Position numbers and translations under genes: made by a program
From: Bugula neritina
Taxonomy: Eukaryota; Animalia; Bryozoa
Direction of reading: 5' to 3'
Length of the DNA stretch: 64,000 bases
Assembly (NCBI GenBank): GCA_964035545.1
Contig: OZ037765.1
Coordinates: 31,495,504 to 31,559,503 of the forward strand
Shown here: one piece after another, positions 39,601 to 52,971 of the stretch
Position numbering within the stretch: the first letter of the stretch is position 1
Layout of the letters: every line of letters begins with the position of its first letter
Notes under the pieces: model-generated
Seen by the model: only the letters and a program-made list of their open reading frames with translations
Told to the model about the DNA's origin: nothing
The model's database searches: none

Positions 39601-42600
39601 CGAGTAGAGAACTCATTGAAGAGGCAAACGAGACAGACAGCGAGGAAGAGGAACTGTTTAATCTGGTAATAAACTTTATTGTCGACTGGCGTGTTTGTAC
39701 AGTATACAAGTGTTGAGTATACAAGTGTTGAGTATACAAGTGTTGAGTATACAAGTGTTGAGTATACAAGTGTTGAGTATACAAGTGTTGAGTGTACAAG
39801 TGTTGAGTGTACAAGTGTTGAGTATACAAGTGTTGAGTGTACAAGTGTTGAGTATACAAGTGTTGAGTATGCAAGTGTTGAGTATGCAAGTGTTGAGTGT
39901 GCAAGTGTTGAGTGTACAAGTATTGAATATAGTCAGCGTGTTCTATTCTATCTTACAGGAAGCTGACGCGACTCCTAAAGAGCATGTTGATGAGTCACGA
40001 AATAAGTTGATGGAAGCTGACCGACTTGATACAATCATGTGTGTGATGTTCAACTACATTGATAGTGTGTGCCGCAACCCTGGTCAGTCTACTTTAGTAC
40101 TCTATACTTTATACTCTAGTACTCTAATACTGTAACTATTAGTCTCACTAATTGCTAGTGAAGTAGTTGAAATAAGGAGCTGTGGCCAATCTCCAGTAAC
40201 GACTATTTCGTTGCTTCCCAAAGTCTCAGGATAGTAATGGCTGTCAATTCAGATTTAAATCGTACAATGTTTGGCCGTCAATTTGAGTTTGTACTTGTGT
40301 TTGAGTCAAGACTTGGCTACACGAATTTCTTACAAATTTTCTTAGACCTTTGACTTGAATTTTTGGGTGACCTAGAAACTAGCCAACTCTCTCTGTACAA
40401 GTATTTCTGATGTGGTGTTATAACAACAAAATGATGTGAAGTTCAACATCTGGCGACGACTTGTATTCGGTTGTAATGTTGAAGGACAGTGTACATACTA
40501 TGACTGTGTTTGCAGACTCCAGCCTGAACTGGGAGGCTACCAAGAAGCTGTACTTAGAGTTGCTGTCTCTCTTTGAGAAAAAGATTCTACCAACTGATGA
40601 ATGCTGTCACACCCAGTACCTCCTCTTCTACATCTGCTCTCTCAAGCCGGTACTTCTTATAGTTCAACTCTCTGCATAGCATTGTTTGTCTGCTGTGAAG
40701 TTGTCTTACCAATTTACTTTATGACATAAACTGAACTTTCCTTGACTGGAATTTAGAGCCTTACACAAGGAAATCTTGTAGCAGGATAGAATCTCCAACA
40801 TCCCATTGTGATTTTTATATTTTTTTTTCATATATTTTTGTCAGTTGCTAGAGTCGGTTAATATAATATCGTTGTTTTGTCAATTACTTATCGTTAAAAT
40901 GCATTTCGCTTGCTATTGAAGTTGTCTTTCTATTCATTAGTTCAAACTCATTGCTATAGTTAAAGAATTTGGCTTACCAAGTTTACTCTTATGTCACAAC
41001 TTAACATATTAACACAACGTAGTAGAGTAGCGTGAGATCATAATATATTATTATTTTATTCAGAGTTTGGCTGATGGTTTTATGGATTATCTGTGGAAGA
41101 AAGTGAAGAACCCAAATGAAGATAAGATCTATCGGATATATGCCATCAGCTATCTAGCTAGTTTTGTTGTTCGTGCGAGTTACGTCTCCATCAGGTATGT
41201 GTTAAGGGTTGTCTCCCCTCACTGTAATAGCGTCTAGTTTTAATTCCTGTATCAGAGCACATGTTTGCTGTCACCTGATTTCCATGCTTTGACTGTATGG
41301 TGTTTATCTTCTCAACATTTACATGGTAAATGTTTCCCATTTCTATTATGGCAAGTAAAAATATCTTAATTAAATTTTTTAAAAATAGTTATTCTAATGC
41401 TCAGCTCTTTGTCATGTAGGAATAGAGTATTACTAGTGTGGTTCCTCCATCTATCTGCTATACATGAACTGTCAACTCCAAGTTTAATATAGACGTTATT
41501 TTTTAACTTTGGAAAAGCATCAACATATATATTCTATAAGTACTGGGTGGACACATAGATTACTGTATAATGTGTCTGACACTGATGCCATACAAATAAG
41601 TACATGTCATTGATGTAATTTTTTTTTGCTGACGCCTGCTCTTCAACTATTCAGGTCCGCTGCCGATGCCATTACTCTGTTATGTGAGTGGATCCACAGG
41701 TACATCGGCACTGCCTGTCACAACTCTATGCACAACGACATCGCTCATCACGGTACCTTCTACAGTGTAGTGCAGGCTGTCTTCTATATACTGGCCTTTA
41801 GACAGAAAGAATTCTTAGAAATGGGGAAGGGTATGTATTCTGTCAGCTTTTCTTTTATGTATTTACGTGTCCACAGTTGATTTCACACGGCATTAGCTCT
41901 TGTGTCACATTAGAACCCTGCAACGTAGCTTAAGATCCACCTGAGACTTTTGTGATCAGTATCGGAGTTCTCTTCAGATTATCTTCAGGTCTCCTCAGGT
42001 TATCTTCAGGTCTCTTCAGATTATCTTCAGGTCTCTTCAGGTTATCTTCAGGTCTCTTCAGGTTGTCAACAAGTTATAACTATGAACAAATTTTCGTAGA
42101 CATAATTAAAACAAGCAAAGTGATTATTTCAGTTGTATTGCAATTGTCCACCTTTATGTCAGTTATAACCAGCCACCCACTTCAAATCACATCTTTTATT
42201 CTAATAGATACTTTCTCATGTAAGTTGTCTACCCTTCTCTCTATATACATGATCCGTGTGTGTTTCAGCTAACGCCTTCTTCCTGAGTTTAAACTTACAG
42301 ACGATAGTCACGTGTAGACTGAACCCCCTGAGGGTGTGTCAGCCAGTCATCACTAGGACATTTGCCTCTTTTGTCAGGTACGTGTGGCACGTTATTCCCA
42401 AAGTCATGGCTGTCTAATAGGCGGCCCCAGTGCCGCATGTGGCCCTCAAAGGCAAAAAATAAAATAATTTTTTACAGTATGCTTTAATTAGAATGAAGAA
42501 TCACATTTTACATGTGTTATTTCTACACATACTACAAAACATGCAGCCTGCAGGAACTATTAGGACTTAATTGTGTAACGATTAGAAAGAATTTTGAATA

Positions 42601-44491
42601 AAGTATTTTGAAAATTGCTAATGCTTGTGGCCCTCAGTCCAAGCTAAAGTTTACAATATGACTCTCGCCACCTGAATATTCCCTTCAGTGGCTCTCGGCC
42701 TGAAAAGGTTGGACACCTCTGCCCTAAATCATGGCTTTGCGGCTCTGCATTTAGTTATTATTATATCCTTCACTTACGCTGAAGTTTTGGTATATAATAT
42801 TTCCAATGTGTTTTTGTAAACAGAGACAACCAATCTATCACTGACTATTCAGTTTGAATCGTCTTCTGTTTTGAGCAAGAATTCTGAACGTCACATTAAT
42901 TGAAAATTTTGTGCCGTCTTACACGAAGCAGTAGGGTTAAATAACTTTCTGTCCTTGACATAAGATGATAGACTTCATTGGCTGTTACAGGAAGCACCAG
43001 TTAGCGTTTTGTGACGCCATCATAGAAAGAAATAACAGGTTGACGGTACCGATTGCCGAAGATGTCTCGGGTCCTCCACATTTGGAGAGTTATTTCCCCT
43101 TTGACCCGTATCTACTCATCAGGTCAGCAGTCTTATCTGTGTTATAACCAAATATTTTAGTGTCTGTTATATATATAGTGCAAGATTTCTATTCTTATAG
43201 TTTTATATGTTATTACAGATGATGCACTGCTTTGCTATGACTCTAACAGTCTTGTGAGCTTTGTGCTAGAGTTCAAGGTTTCTCTGTCCACTTGTTTCAT
43301 TTAGGCAGACAAGTCTTATTTTAGTTATACTTTTATGGTTTAATGTGGAAGCATGCATTAAACTGTCAAATATTGTTGTTAGGCTTCTTGCATTTGCACC
43401 ATCGGATATAATAACTGTAGCTACTTGTACTGTTCATTTCTATGCAAACACTGTGTTGTAAGAGTGTTGGTTCTTTCTCAGGTCGTCTGTGAAGGTGGTG
43501 GACCTCTACAGAGTGTTTGACGGTACGGCAATCATAGACATTGAGCTGAATAAAGAGCAGGTCAGTGCTGGTCTACCTCTGCTTATGTAGAGCTGTGTGT
43601 GGTACTGTGTCTGTCAGGTCTGTGTGTGGTACTGTGTCTGTCAGGTCTGTGTGTGGTACTGTGTCTGTCAGGTCTGTGTGTGGTACTGTGTCTGTCAGGT
43701 CTGTGTGTGGTACTGTGTCTGTCAGGTCTGTGTGTGGTACTGTGTCTGTCAGGTCTGTGTGTGGTACTGTGTCTGTCAAGTCTGTGGCGGAACTGGAACC
43801 CTTATGCTGCTACGTCATGTAGCAATATGGTGCATACACCTACTAAGCTAAACTAAATGTTGTGTTCTGGTTTGGTAATAGTGACTAAAACGAAGTGCTT
43901 TTTGCCAATACAGAAGTTGACACTCCCTGCTATTGTAAAGTATTTTCAATTCAATAACCGTACATGGCAAAGCTGGCATCTATTCTAATACAATGTTGTT
44001 GTAAATTTTTACGGTCGTTTTAAAATAGATTAGTAATAAAACATAACTTTTTCAACGGCCAGTTGTGATGCTAAAAAGTAATTTCACAGCAATGTTAGGG
44101 TGGAGATTAGTGAATAACTTGATAAATAATAAGCATTTGGAACTTAAGCTTGTCTTCAAGGTTTCCTTCTTTAATCTCACAGATAATAGATGTTAATAAA
44201 ACTGCTTCAAAATTCTAAGTTGTCTTCCCTGTATATTCAGTATGATGATATGATGAGTAACAGGAGTTGCCAGCTCTTTATTTCAATATCTTGGAATTCC
44301 TTCAACTAATGCAATATTCTCCATTTTATAATCGCCGTGTACATTACATCGCTACACAGGATGAAGATGACTTTGTGCAAGAAGACAATAATATGGTCGT
44401 AGACGATGACTTTGGGAAGTCCCCTGCAGAGGCAGCATTCCTCGGCTCCATATCTCCCGGGTTCAACGCTCCGATACACTCTCTAAGATAA
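36686..44491 (+). CDS. RRN3: RNA polymerase I transcription initiation factor RRN3 (TIF-IA)
   Basis: Exons 36686-36730, 37050-37106, 37438-37530, 38184-38313, 38757-38883, 39203-39374, 39594-39665, 39959-40082, 40516-40649, 41064-41194, 41655-41830, 42269-42377, 42991-43122, 43482-43560, 44360-44491 (1713 nt, ~570 aa). Motifs NLVSAH, DKFPY, ADRLDTIM, ILPTDECCHTQYLLFYICS, YLWKK, HGTFYSVVQAVFY, LNPLRVC, IIERNNR, YFPFDPY. Start Met is the best in-frame candidate. Confidence 0.93.
37972..38142. repeat. 14-bp minisatellite x~12 (ACACTACACAGTAT)
   Basis: Direct inspection, ~40 nt upstream of RRN3 acceptor 38183. Confidence 0.9.
38309..38597 (+). repeat. ~19-23-bp minisatellite whose unit contains the splice donor (CAA|GTAAGTCTCTTTATAC)
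   Basis: About 14-15 copies of AA-GTAAGT; the first copy is the donor of RRN3 exon 38184-38313. Confidence 0.92.
39703..39929. repeat. 15-bp minisatellite x~15 (TACAAGTGTTGAGTA)
   Basis: Fills most of RRN3 intron 39666-39958. Confidence 0.95.
41988..42063. repeat. 21-bp tandem repeat x~3.5 (TCTCTTCAGRTTATCTTCAGG)
   Basis: Direct inspection. Confidence 0.85.
42405..42721. mobile_element. Non-autonomous hAT (Charlie-like) MITE in RRN3 intron
   Basis: Degenerate TIRs catggctgtctaa / ttggacacctctg, subterminal GCGGCCC/GTGGCCC motifs, flanking 8-mers cccaaagt / ccctaaat (6/8 match, TSD-like). Confidence 0.65.
43592..43786. repeat. 27-bp minisatellite x~7 (GTGTGTGGTACTGTGTCTGTCAGGTCT)
   Basis: Perfect units; source of ORFs 43565-43856. 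Confidence 0.95.
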
Positions 44492-45059
44492 ACTGAACTG
44501 TTCCAAACTCTCGTCAGCATTGCAATATTTGGATGTTCCAACTGCTTAACATCAACAAAAATAGTTTTAAATTTTTCCTTTGTACCAGTTAGTATTGTGC
44601 AATCGATGTAGCTTCAACTGTATCTTATCTACATTTATATTATTATGTAAAAAGCTTTATGGTATTCCTTATGCTATCTTCAAGCGTAGGGCTAAGGATG
44701 CCTCTTACTGTTTCAATGTAGAGTATGTTTGATGTAATGGCCAGGTTTGTCGAGGAATACTTGGAGCTGCAATTAGTTCTTGCTAAACTAATAATTATAT
44801 TTTTGCATTTCACTGTATTTATTCTGTATTTTAAATTTCTGATTTTTACTCTCATTCATGTAGAAATGAATGCATGTGTTCATTTTATCTGCAGAAAGTT
44901 GTAAAAGATTTGTTAGCCTTTTTCTGACTATATCTGAATAAACCTTTTAAATTATAGACCAATATATTGTTTTATGATGAATACTTGTTTCAAATATGTA
45001 CAATTTATTGTGTATAAAAATATCTCTTTGCCTATAAGACTGACTGATATGCACCGTCT

Positions 45060-48000
45060 TTACGGCTCAATTATAAACGGAGTTTCCGGATAGTCATATA
45101 GTTGCAACTCGTATCTGTATAGAAACCTTATCTTATCTATCATCTGGGAAGGCACCTGCTTCCAGTAGTCAATATATGATATATGCTGATTAGTTTTCTC
45201 TATTGCCCTTATAGTCTTTCTCCGCACTGCATGCATCACTCGCACAGGGTTTATCAACCCTGCTTGTTTGAATATGTACTCCAACTCTTTTTCCATGTTT
45301 TCCATAAGTACTAAAACAATAACAGGAGGTTAAATGCAGATCATAAAAACACAAGTTATTTAATTAATGGTGTAAATGCATTTTTTATTAACTGTAGTTC
45401 ATGGAAAGTAATTAGTAAAAAGAACAAGTTGCAAAATGGTTCACCAGGTTTACTTCTTAACAGGTTTTACATAAGTTATATAGATGGTTATCGTATTACA
45501 TATGACATTTGAAGCCAAATGACTTCATCACCATTTTTTGTAAATGAGGATGTAGTCTTGAGTTTACCCAGTGGTCTCTGGGGTTTAATTGCTTGAAAGT
45601 TGAAGGTCTCAGGTTTGAATCCCACCTGAGGGCAACAGCTATTACATGAGAAATTAAACGATTATTTTAGTAGATAATTATATGAAAATTCTACCGTCCG
45701 TGATTTTGCTAAACAACTTACCTACATATCGGTAAGGGTAGTCACAGATGCCACACCTTCTGTAGCTGGTCTCTACATGCCCAAAGTACTCAGTTTCCTC
45801 TCTCATCATCATATCAATAACACACTGCAGAAATCTTTCAAACGTTACTTTTACTCCCTTGTGGGAGTAACAATTCTTTCCAAAGTCTAACTTGCAAGTG
45901 TCTGCAATGAAAAATTACAACCAAGATAAAATTAACCATCAGTTTAAATAGAACGTCAGCGTTCCTGATGGGCTAATAGTGCAGCTATTGTTTTAATTAG
46001 GTATATGGCTACTACTAAAAGCTGTTAAGAATCATTTAGTGTCTGCTTGTCTGTGAAACACAGTCTAAGCACTACAAAAAGCAACGTATACATAACCACC
46101 ATTAATATGCTTACAATCGTCGAAGTAGTGAGGTATTGACTACTACAGTTTCCTATAATAAGTAAAGTATATATAACAGTACTTTGATTTTATGAGTTGG
46201 TTGTTGAATCACTTACAAGACTTGTCGTCTTGTTCACATTTTTCTCGATAGACGCTAACAAGACGCTGCCACGGGTTTCTAACCATTACGAATGTTACAA
46301 ATCTCTCTTCTGCTTTAATTTTTAACTAAAAGATTAATGACTATCTTTTTATGGAGTAGTGAACCCTAGGTAGGTACAACATACAGTCGAAATTGGAAAA
46401 GCCCTGCGCTCTAAATGAGTAATGTAATAAAACAAGTTATGTTCTCATTAGGAAAATTTAAGAACTTATTCCATTGAATTTTTTTGTTAAATGAAAATAA
46501 TCATTAAAAAGATATGTAGAAGAGATTAGGCAGTTATCTAACTAAATAAATTCAAACTGGGGAAAAACTATTATATTAAAGGCTGTAATTATATTTTATT
46601 ATTGCAATTAAATAAATCCAAAATAAAAACTATGAACTACATACAAACAGGTGTTGATACTATAACAAATAATAGTTTACATACTTCCTGTTTCCAAAAG
46701 TGCGTGATACGACATGGACTTTTTTTTATATGAGAGTTGTATACCCGGTGGATATGACTGAAATCTGCTGGAGCTGCATGGAGTGGTGACCAGGCCCTAT
46801 TCATGAATGTTGATGCTGTTTTGGGAATCCAACAAAAAGCTAAGTTCAGTCTTTTACTGACTATTATTCTCTACAATCATTTATAATCAGAAGCTGATCA
46901 TAAAAATTCATGCAAGTTTATAATCGCCATCCTCGTGAGAAACCCCTGATGGACAGGGTTTTGTTAAATCAGACTGAGGACTTAATTCAGATGAGGCACA
47001 GGAGCAATTATGACTGGAGGCTCTTCCTAACATCACCAATGGCCTTTACTGGGGTTCAAACCGCTGACCTTGTGTTTACTAAGCAAATGCTCTAACCCCT
47101 AAACCTCCGCTGATCATGTTTTTGACAATTTAAAAGCACTGCTATCAAAGAGAAGTAATTTGAAAGTTAAGAAAGTTCCTAAAATATTACTGTAAACACT
47201 TAGAAATTGAAAGCAGGTAAACATTTTACTACTTTAAGAGAAAGAAATACTAAAGATCAACAACTTAAGAAATAAGATGGTCCTTTCTATACCTGAAGTT
47301 TCACTGGCCTACAATTCCAATTGAAAGGATTGCAATTACATGTGAGGCATTTAATGATAGTTCAGTTAATAGTTCAAAGAAAATGTGATTAAAATTGTGC
47401 TTCACCCCTTATGTTGGTGTTGGTAACATCAATTCACTGCTATGCTGCATCATGGACTTTTATACCAAGGTCATTCATTACATGTTCCAGAAAATCAAAC
47501 ATGCTGGTATTATGCCTGCATGCTTTTTTATAACAAATATACAATTGCTATATCTATATCTATAGATTAGCAAATAGTATCAAATATTATACTACACAAA
47601 TGTTAAACGTTTATAAATGTTGTTATAGCTTTTATGATTGATGGTAGCTTTAGATAGGCTCTTCAACTATTGATTTGTGTTACCTTCAACCCTTCAAAGG
47701 TGGAGGGGTTTTTAGACGTCCCATACTTTGACAACGAAGCATTGAATAAATACCTATGATAGTCTTTGCATCTCTGCCTAGAAAAGAAACCAAACTTCTG
47801 TAATTTGTAAATTAATAGACTGTCATGGCAATAGTTCTTTACACAAGTTATAGATAAAAATGAAATATTAATTAGCGAAACTATATATATTCAATTTTTT
47901 ATAGCTTGAGAGCAAATTGTATAAAATATTTGTTTTTAAAACTATCGGCTCCAAATGTTTGAACCCGAGATTAATCGCAAAACAATCTCCAAAAGCTTAG

Positions 48001-49673
48001 AAGTAATATGTGAATTTTACCTCACTTGTTGAATTCTCTCTTCCAACAAGTGTTTGATGTCTGTCTTATTTTTCCAAGAGTATGTATAGTTTTGACATAA
48101 GTATTCCTCACGGAGGTTAGAAGGGCAGGGATAGAGTTCCTTGCTGTGTAGACCAGCAGTTATCCTCTCCATCTTTGTCATGTTAGTTGGATCTGGAGTT
48201 ACTATAACATGGCACATTTATTTTATGCATACACACATACACACATGCAACATATGTACGTACGTATATATGTATGCATGTATGTATGTATACAATGACC
48301 CATTTACACACGCGCGTACATGTATATATACAAAAAGTATTCAACGATCCCTATTACTTCAAAGGTGCAATATATGATACAATGAAATATCTGCAAAAAG
48401 GCTATGTAAGACAAAAATATATAATTTACTGTGCTTGCAAACTGACCATCTACCAGCTTCTCTATTATGTACCGTACAGATGTATCACCTCCCTGCTTAG
48501 CTGATTGGCTTGATAAATATTCTATAACATATATACATCTGTGTGTTCATTCATGTTTGTACAACAGCTAAACTTTTAGAAAATAACTAATATATATACA
48601 TATAATGCACTACATGTGTTGGTTAACATTTTCTAGGGTAGTTTCATTATTTTCATATAATTTGTTACAGGTTTGTTAGGAGAAATATTGATGCTATAAG
48701 TCTAAATATGAATGTATAAATATATGACGATTCATAATAGATAAATATAGACATGATGACTAATTACTCAGACCTGATTTGCATGCATATTCTATATTAT
48801 TAGAAAACTGAGTGAACAGCATATTTTATTATAAATGTTTTATTGACTGAAAATTCAAAGCTAACGTAGTGTTATGCCAATTGCAATTTGGTTTTCTACT
48901 GTTGTTTGTTTTTGGCTTTAGCATTTACAATAATTCTGAAGAATGTGTAAAGTTACAAATGACGAATTCGATCATTGTAAAATTTGTAAACTCCCGCAAA
49001 TTTGCATGGAGTATTTCCTTATACTATATCGTAAAGTATGTATCATAGTGGCGAAATGAATTTCAACATAATGTATGTCGCATAATATCATCATATGTGA
49101 ATGTAGTGTTTACCGAGTAGTCCCTGTAGTGGAATAGTTAGGGCAGCTGCTTGGAAAATGGGTTTAAATCCCAGTGGAGGCAAAATTACTTTATAGTAAA
49201 GAGAGGCTTGGGAATATAATGACCTTATACTTAGGAATACACACTTACTATTTTTGTTTTGAAGTAACAAATAACTGAGATTTCCAGCAAACAGGAAAAA
49301 GGCGCAAATTATCCACAGTGTGTCTTTCTTGAGCTCCTGAAACACACCACATTATATGTAACAACATAATAGCCAACACAACAAGTGTATCAACACATAA
49401 CAATAAAGTTACTCCTATTTCAGCAGATTGCTGAAGCACACAAAGCACTCAGATGTGTAACATATAGTATTTATGTCATGCTAGCTACTTTTATCTTAAT
49501 GCTTGATGTCATACACTGCTTATTAAACAAGAAACCTGTTTTGTATGAATGGAATGCTCGGACTGTCAACTTAAAGCTACATACTGTTTCTCTCCCTATG
49601 GCTCGTTTATGCATTGTGGCATACGTACGGTTTTAACACTGCGTGCAGACAATCCGCCATGTTTTGTCACCAT
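45060..49673 (-). CDS. Golgi carbohydrate sulfotransferase, Sulfotransfer_2 (CHST8-14/HNK-1ST-like) family
   Basis: Exons 49673-49629 (first exon tentative), 49336-49249, 48201-48021, 47777-47684, 46870-46685, 46325-46217, 45901-45722, 45310-45060 (~377 aa). N-terminal TM (WIICAFFLFAGNLSYLLL), 5'-PSB motif FCWIPKTAST, 3'-PB motif FVMVRNPWQRLVSVY, C-terminal LYRYELQLYDYP. Confidence 0.8.
45552..45635 (+). mobile_element. Degenerate tRNA-like repeat related to 59786-59880
   Basis: Shares leader gtagt.ttgagtttacccagt and B-box-like ggtttgaatccc; internally deleted. Confidence 0.5.
46877..47115 (-). mobile_element. Near full-length tRNA-derived SINE
   Basis: Minus strand: A-box-like ggtttaggggttagagc, B-box ggtttgaaccc, then central ggtgatgttaggaagagcctccagtcataattgctcctg shared with the copies at 3369-3535 and 52140-52300. 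Confidence 0.75.
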
Positions 49674-49883
49674 CTCATGATTCTATTACTACAGTTTTGA
49701 GAGGTCAAAAATTTAAATAGTTGCTAAACGCAAGCAAACACTTACAAGTTGATGACGAAGCGGCTGTGTTAACTGATGAATGGTGCATTACTGAGCATCT
49801 AACTAAGAGTCAGTGAAAAACAATTATATATCAATTCATTGGACTATTTAGTCATGCTTTTCACAAAACACAAAAGACACATA

Positions 49884-51645
49884 CAGTGCTGTGAAAAAGT
49901 TTAAGGACGCCTCATTGTTTTCCATAACAGTAATGTTCTAAGCTAATTTTAAGACATAACAAAAGCATTTCCATAAGCATGATGCCTATCAAAATGATCC
50001 TTAAGATCTCCTTATCTCATTTATACAAATCATTAGTGTCTCTTTTCATTTCCTTCCAAAATATGGGTGAAATAATGAGATACTATGCATATATGGGAAT
50101 TATTCAATGTTCTCACAATTTGTGTGTACTGTAGGATATCAGAATATTTTACGTGAAACATAGAAAAATATTGTATGTGATTTGTTCTACACATTATAGC
50201 AGCATTGCAACACACAGTGCTTTAAATTTTAGTATCAATGTTTTGTTGGCCAGCCTTTATTCTCAATCACTAGTCGGCAGCGACGAGGCATCAACTCGTA
50301 CAGCTTCTCCAACTCGTTTTCAGTCACAACATGATGCTATGCATGAATTACAGGCTCTATCAGTGTCACCTTAGTTGTTGGCTTCTGTGAAGAGACTATT
50401 TTAGCCATTATTGACCATGAATTTCTTATTGGGCCGGCCAGTTAAGCGTTGAGACCCTCTGCTTTTTCATCCACTCTTTAACAGTTTTTGCCCAATGGCA
50501 TGGTGCATTGTCATCTTCAAATACGTTAATTTCATTTAAAAAGAAGTTTTTTATGATTGGAAGAAGTTTAGCATTGAGATTCTCTATATATTTTTGGGCA
50601 TTAACATCATTCTAGAGCAATTACTGAGTCGACCTACACCTTTTGATGCTATACAACCCCAGAACATAACACCGATAGGGTGCTTAATTGTTGTAAGAAT
50701 ACATTAGGGGTTATATTTCTCATACTGATATCTTCTAACAAAACAGTTTCCAGCATGATTGTTCACATTAAATGTAGATTTATTTGAAATAATTACTTTT
50801 TTCTAATCATTCAATGTCTAACTACCATGCTCCTTGGCCAAACCGTAGCCGGTCTTTTCGCTTCTTCTCGGTTAGTAGAGGCTTCCTTCTTGCTTTGCAG
50901 ACACATAGACCATTGCTCAGCAGTCTTCGCCTTATCAGGGATGTCGAAGTTGTTGTTCCTGTCGATTCTGATCATTCTTTGCCAACTCAGAACTTGTTTT
51001 ATGGCAATTTTTCTTGCTAACCCTAATGAAAACCTTGTCATCTCCGAGTGTGCTTATTCTTGGTCGTCCACTTCCAGGTCGATCTGCTACACTACCAGTC
51101 TTCATGAACTTCCTGATAAATTGATAAACAGTTGTCTTTGCTTTGCCAACCTTTTCAGATATTTTCCTAATTGAATAACCTTTGTTATGCAAAAAATTAT
51201 TACAAACCTGGCTTTTGAAGTAAGATTTACAGCTCTCATTTTGTCTATGCGCAGCACCTAAGTGGACACCATGTAAAAGCTTACAACTAGATGACAGATT
51301 TCAAATCATGGAAGAAAGTCATACTTTATGGTATCATGATGTCATGTACAAAGTAAAATTTTACTGTTTAGCCTTTTGTGATTATCAGAAGCGATAAACT
51401 TTGGAAACATAAAAACACAGGAGTTGCGCTTTCCTAGCTGCTTGTATAGTTAGCCTGAAAATAGGTAGAAAACATCACAGCAGTAAGAATTTATAAGGTG
51501 GAAATTGTAGTGCACATTCTAAGGGTCATTTTGATATATAGAACTTGCAGGAAAATACTAAGAACTTCCAAGAAATGCCTATTAAACAATACATAGAAAT
51601 ACATAGAAATTTCTGCAAGCGTCCTTAAACTTTTTCACAGCACTG
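49884..51645 (-). mobile_element. Tc1/mariner (Tc1-type) DNA transposon with both termini, defective
   Basis: Perfect 27-bp TIRs CAGTGCTGTGAAAAAGTTTAAGGACGC (49884-49910 / 51619-51645); TA target duplication at 49882-49883 and 51646-51647. Confidence 0.95.
50235..51239 (-). pseudogene. Disrupted Tc1-like transposase
   Basis: HTH (GYSIRKISEKVGKAKTTVYQFIRKF), GRPR, ARRKPLL, VMFWGCI, FEDDNAPCH, WPAQ, MPRRCRLVIENKGWPTKH*; several frameshifts and stops; SPDLNPIE segment missing. Confidence 0.9.
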
Positions 51646-52139
51646 TAGATGCATTCAATCAAAACCTTTCAACGGAAGTTTCTGACAAAGATGTCGATTA
51701 TAAACTATAAAGTTATTTTTTTCACAGAACACCGTATCATATTTTGACAGTTTCATAGCTAGAGAAAAGAAACGCTATCTGTGGAAGCAAGATTATAATG
51801 AGACTTTTGAGGGCTAAATTTATCTAAAATTTTATTAGTTTACAATTTACATGTTCACTCTATTCTATTGCAAAGCAAGGACTGGTTGGGGATGTGAGTG
51901 TCCCATATTTAGTCATTTGAAAGTTTCTAGATTTAAGCTACGTTTTTATAGTGGGCTACCAAATGCATACATTTAAGTTAATAAACTCAGAATTCTATAA
52001 TATTATAATGGAAGTACTCCATAAGATGTTGATAGCTTTTAATAGTTTTGTGATGTGACCGTTAAAAGTTTGGCCATTTTATAGCAAGTGCTCAAATTTA
52101 TCAAAATTTAGGTGAATATTATACTCAGTATCCACTAAA

Positions 52140-52300
52140 ATTGTTGATGTTAAGAAGAGCATCCAGTTATAATTACTCCTGTGCCACATTTAAATAAGTC
52201 CTTAGCCCGCTTTAACAAAAACCCTTTCTATCAGAGGTTTCTCACAAGGATAGCGACTATAAACTTGCGTGAGTTTTTATGCTCAGTTTCCACTAAGTAT
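52140..52300 (+). mobile_element. SINE family copy (head decayed)
   Basis: Reverse-complement similarity to 46877-47115 and 3369-3535. Confidence 0.7.
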
Positions 52301-52971
52301 GATATTTGGATAATTCATTTATGATGAGCTCCAACAACAAAAGAAAACAAAATATTATGTTACTCCTTCACATCCGAACCCTACTTTTTAGTATGACTAC
52401 CCCTCATAGTGCTTCAGATACTTCATTTCCTTCTTGTAAACTGCATTAATTGATTTTGATCTTGTTTCTTGATAAAGAAATTAATTAGCAAAGTGAAAGT
52501 TCTAATTGTTTCCAATGCCAATAATATGTGTGCAAGTGGATTCAACATCATGCCAAACTGAATTAGCACAATTTAATTAATAATTTCACCAGAAAAAAAC
52601 AAAGACAATCAATTTTTCTAAAATTATAATTCATCATCATTAGTTCAAAGCTGCTCTGCAAATTTGCTTGTCTACTATTTTAGGTAAAATCATATGTAAT
52701 CTCCAGCGCACAATACCTTTGAGAGTGAACCATTTTATATTATAATGCAAATAATACAAAACCCTTTACTACAGCTTGGCAGCTTTAATAAACGCGTGAA
52801 GCTGTAACCTTATTATAGTTATAAAATAGCCAGTCTCTTATGGTTTCACACTTGTATACATAATTTAGCATACTAGGCCCCTACATTCTTTTCTTATGCA
52901 CCCCATTATGATAATTTGCCTTAGTTACCTTTTATAGCCTTAAGAATATCAACTCAATATTAAATATTTAC

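Noticed and set aside
39545-40135. QHLYT/VEYTS/QVLSI repeat proteins
   Set aside because: 15-bp minisatellite inside an RRN3 intron; the flanking exons splice in phase without it.
43565-43856. Cys-rich repeat ORFs
   Set aside because: 27-bp intronic minisatellite.
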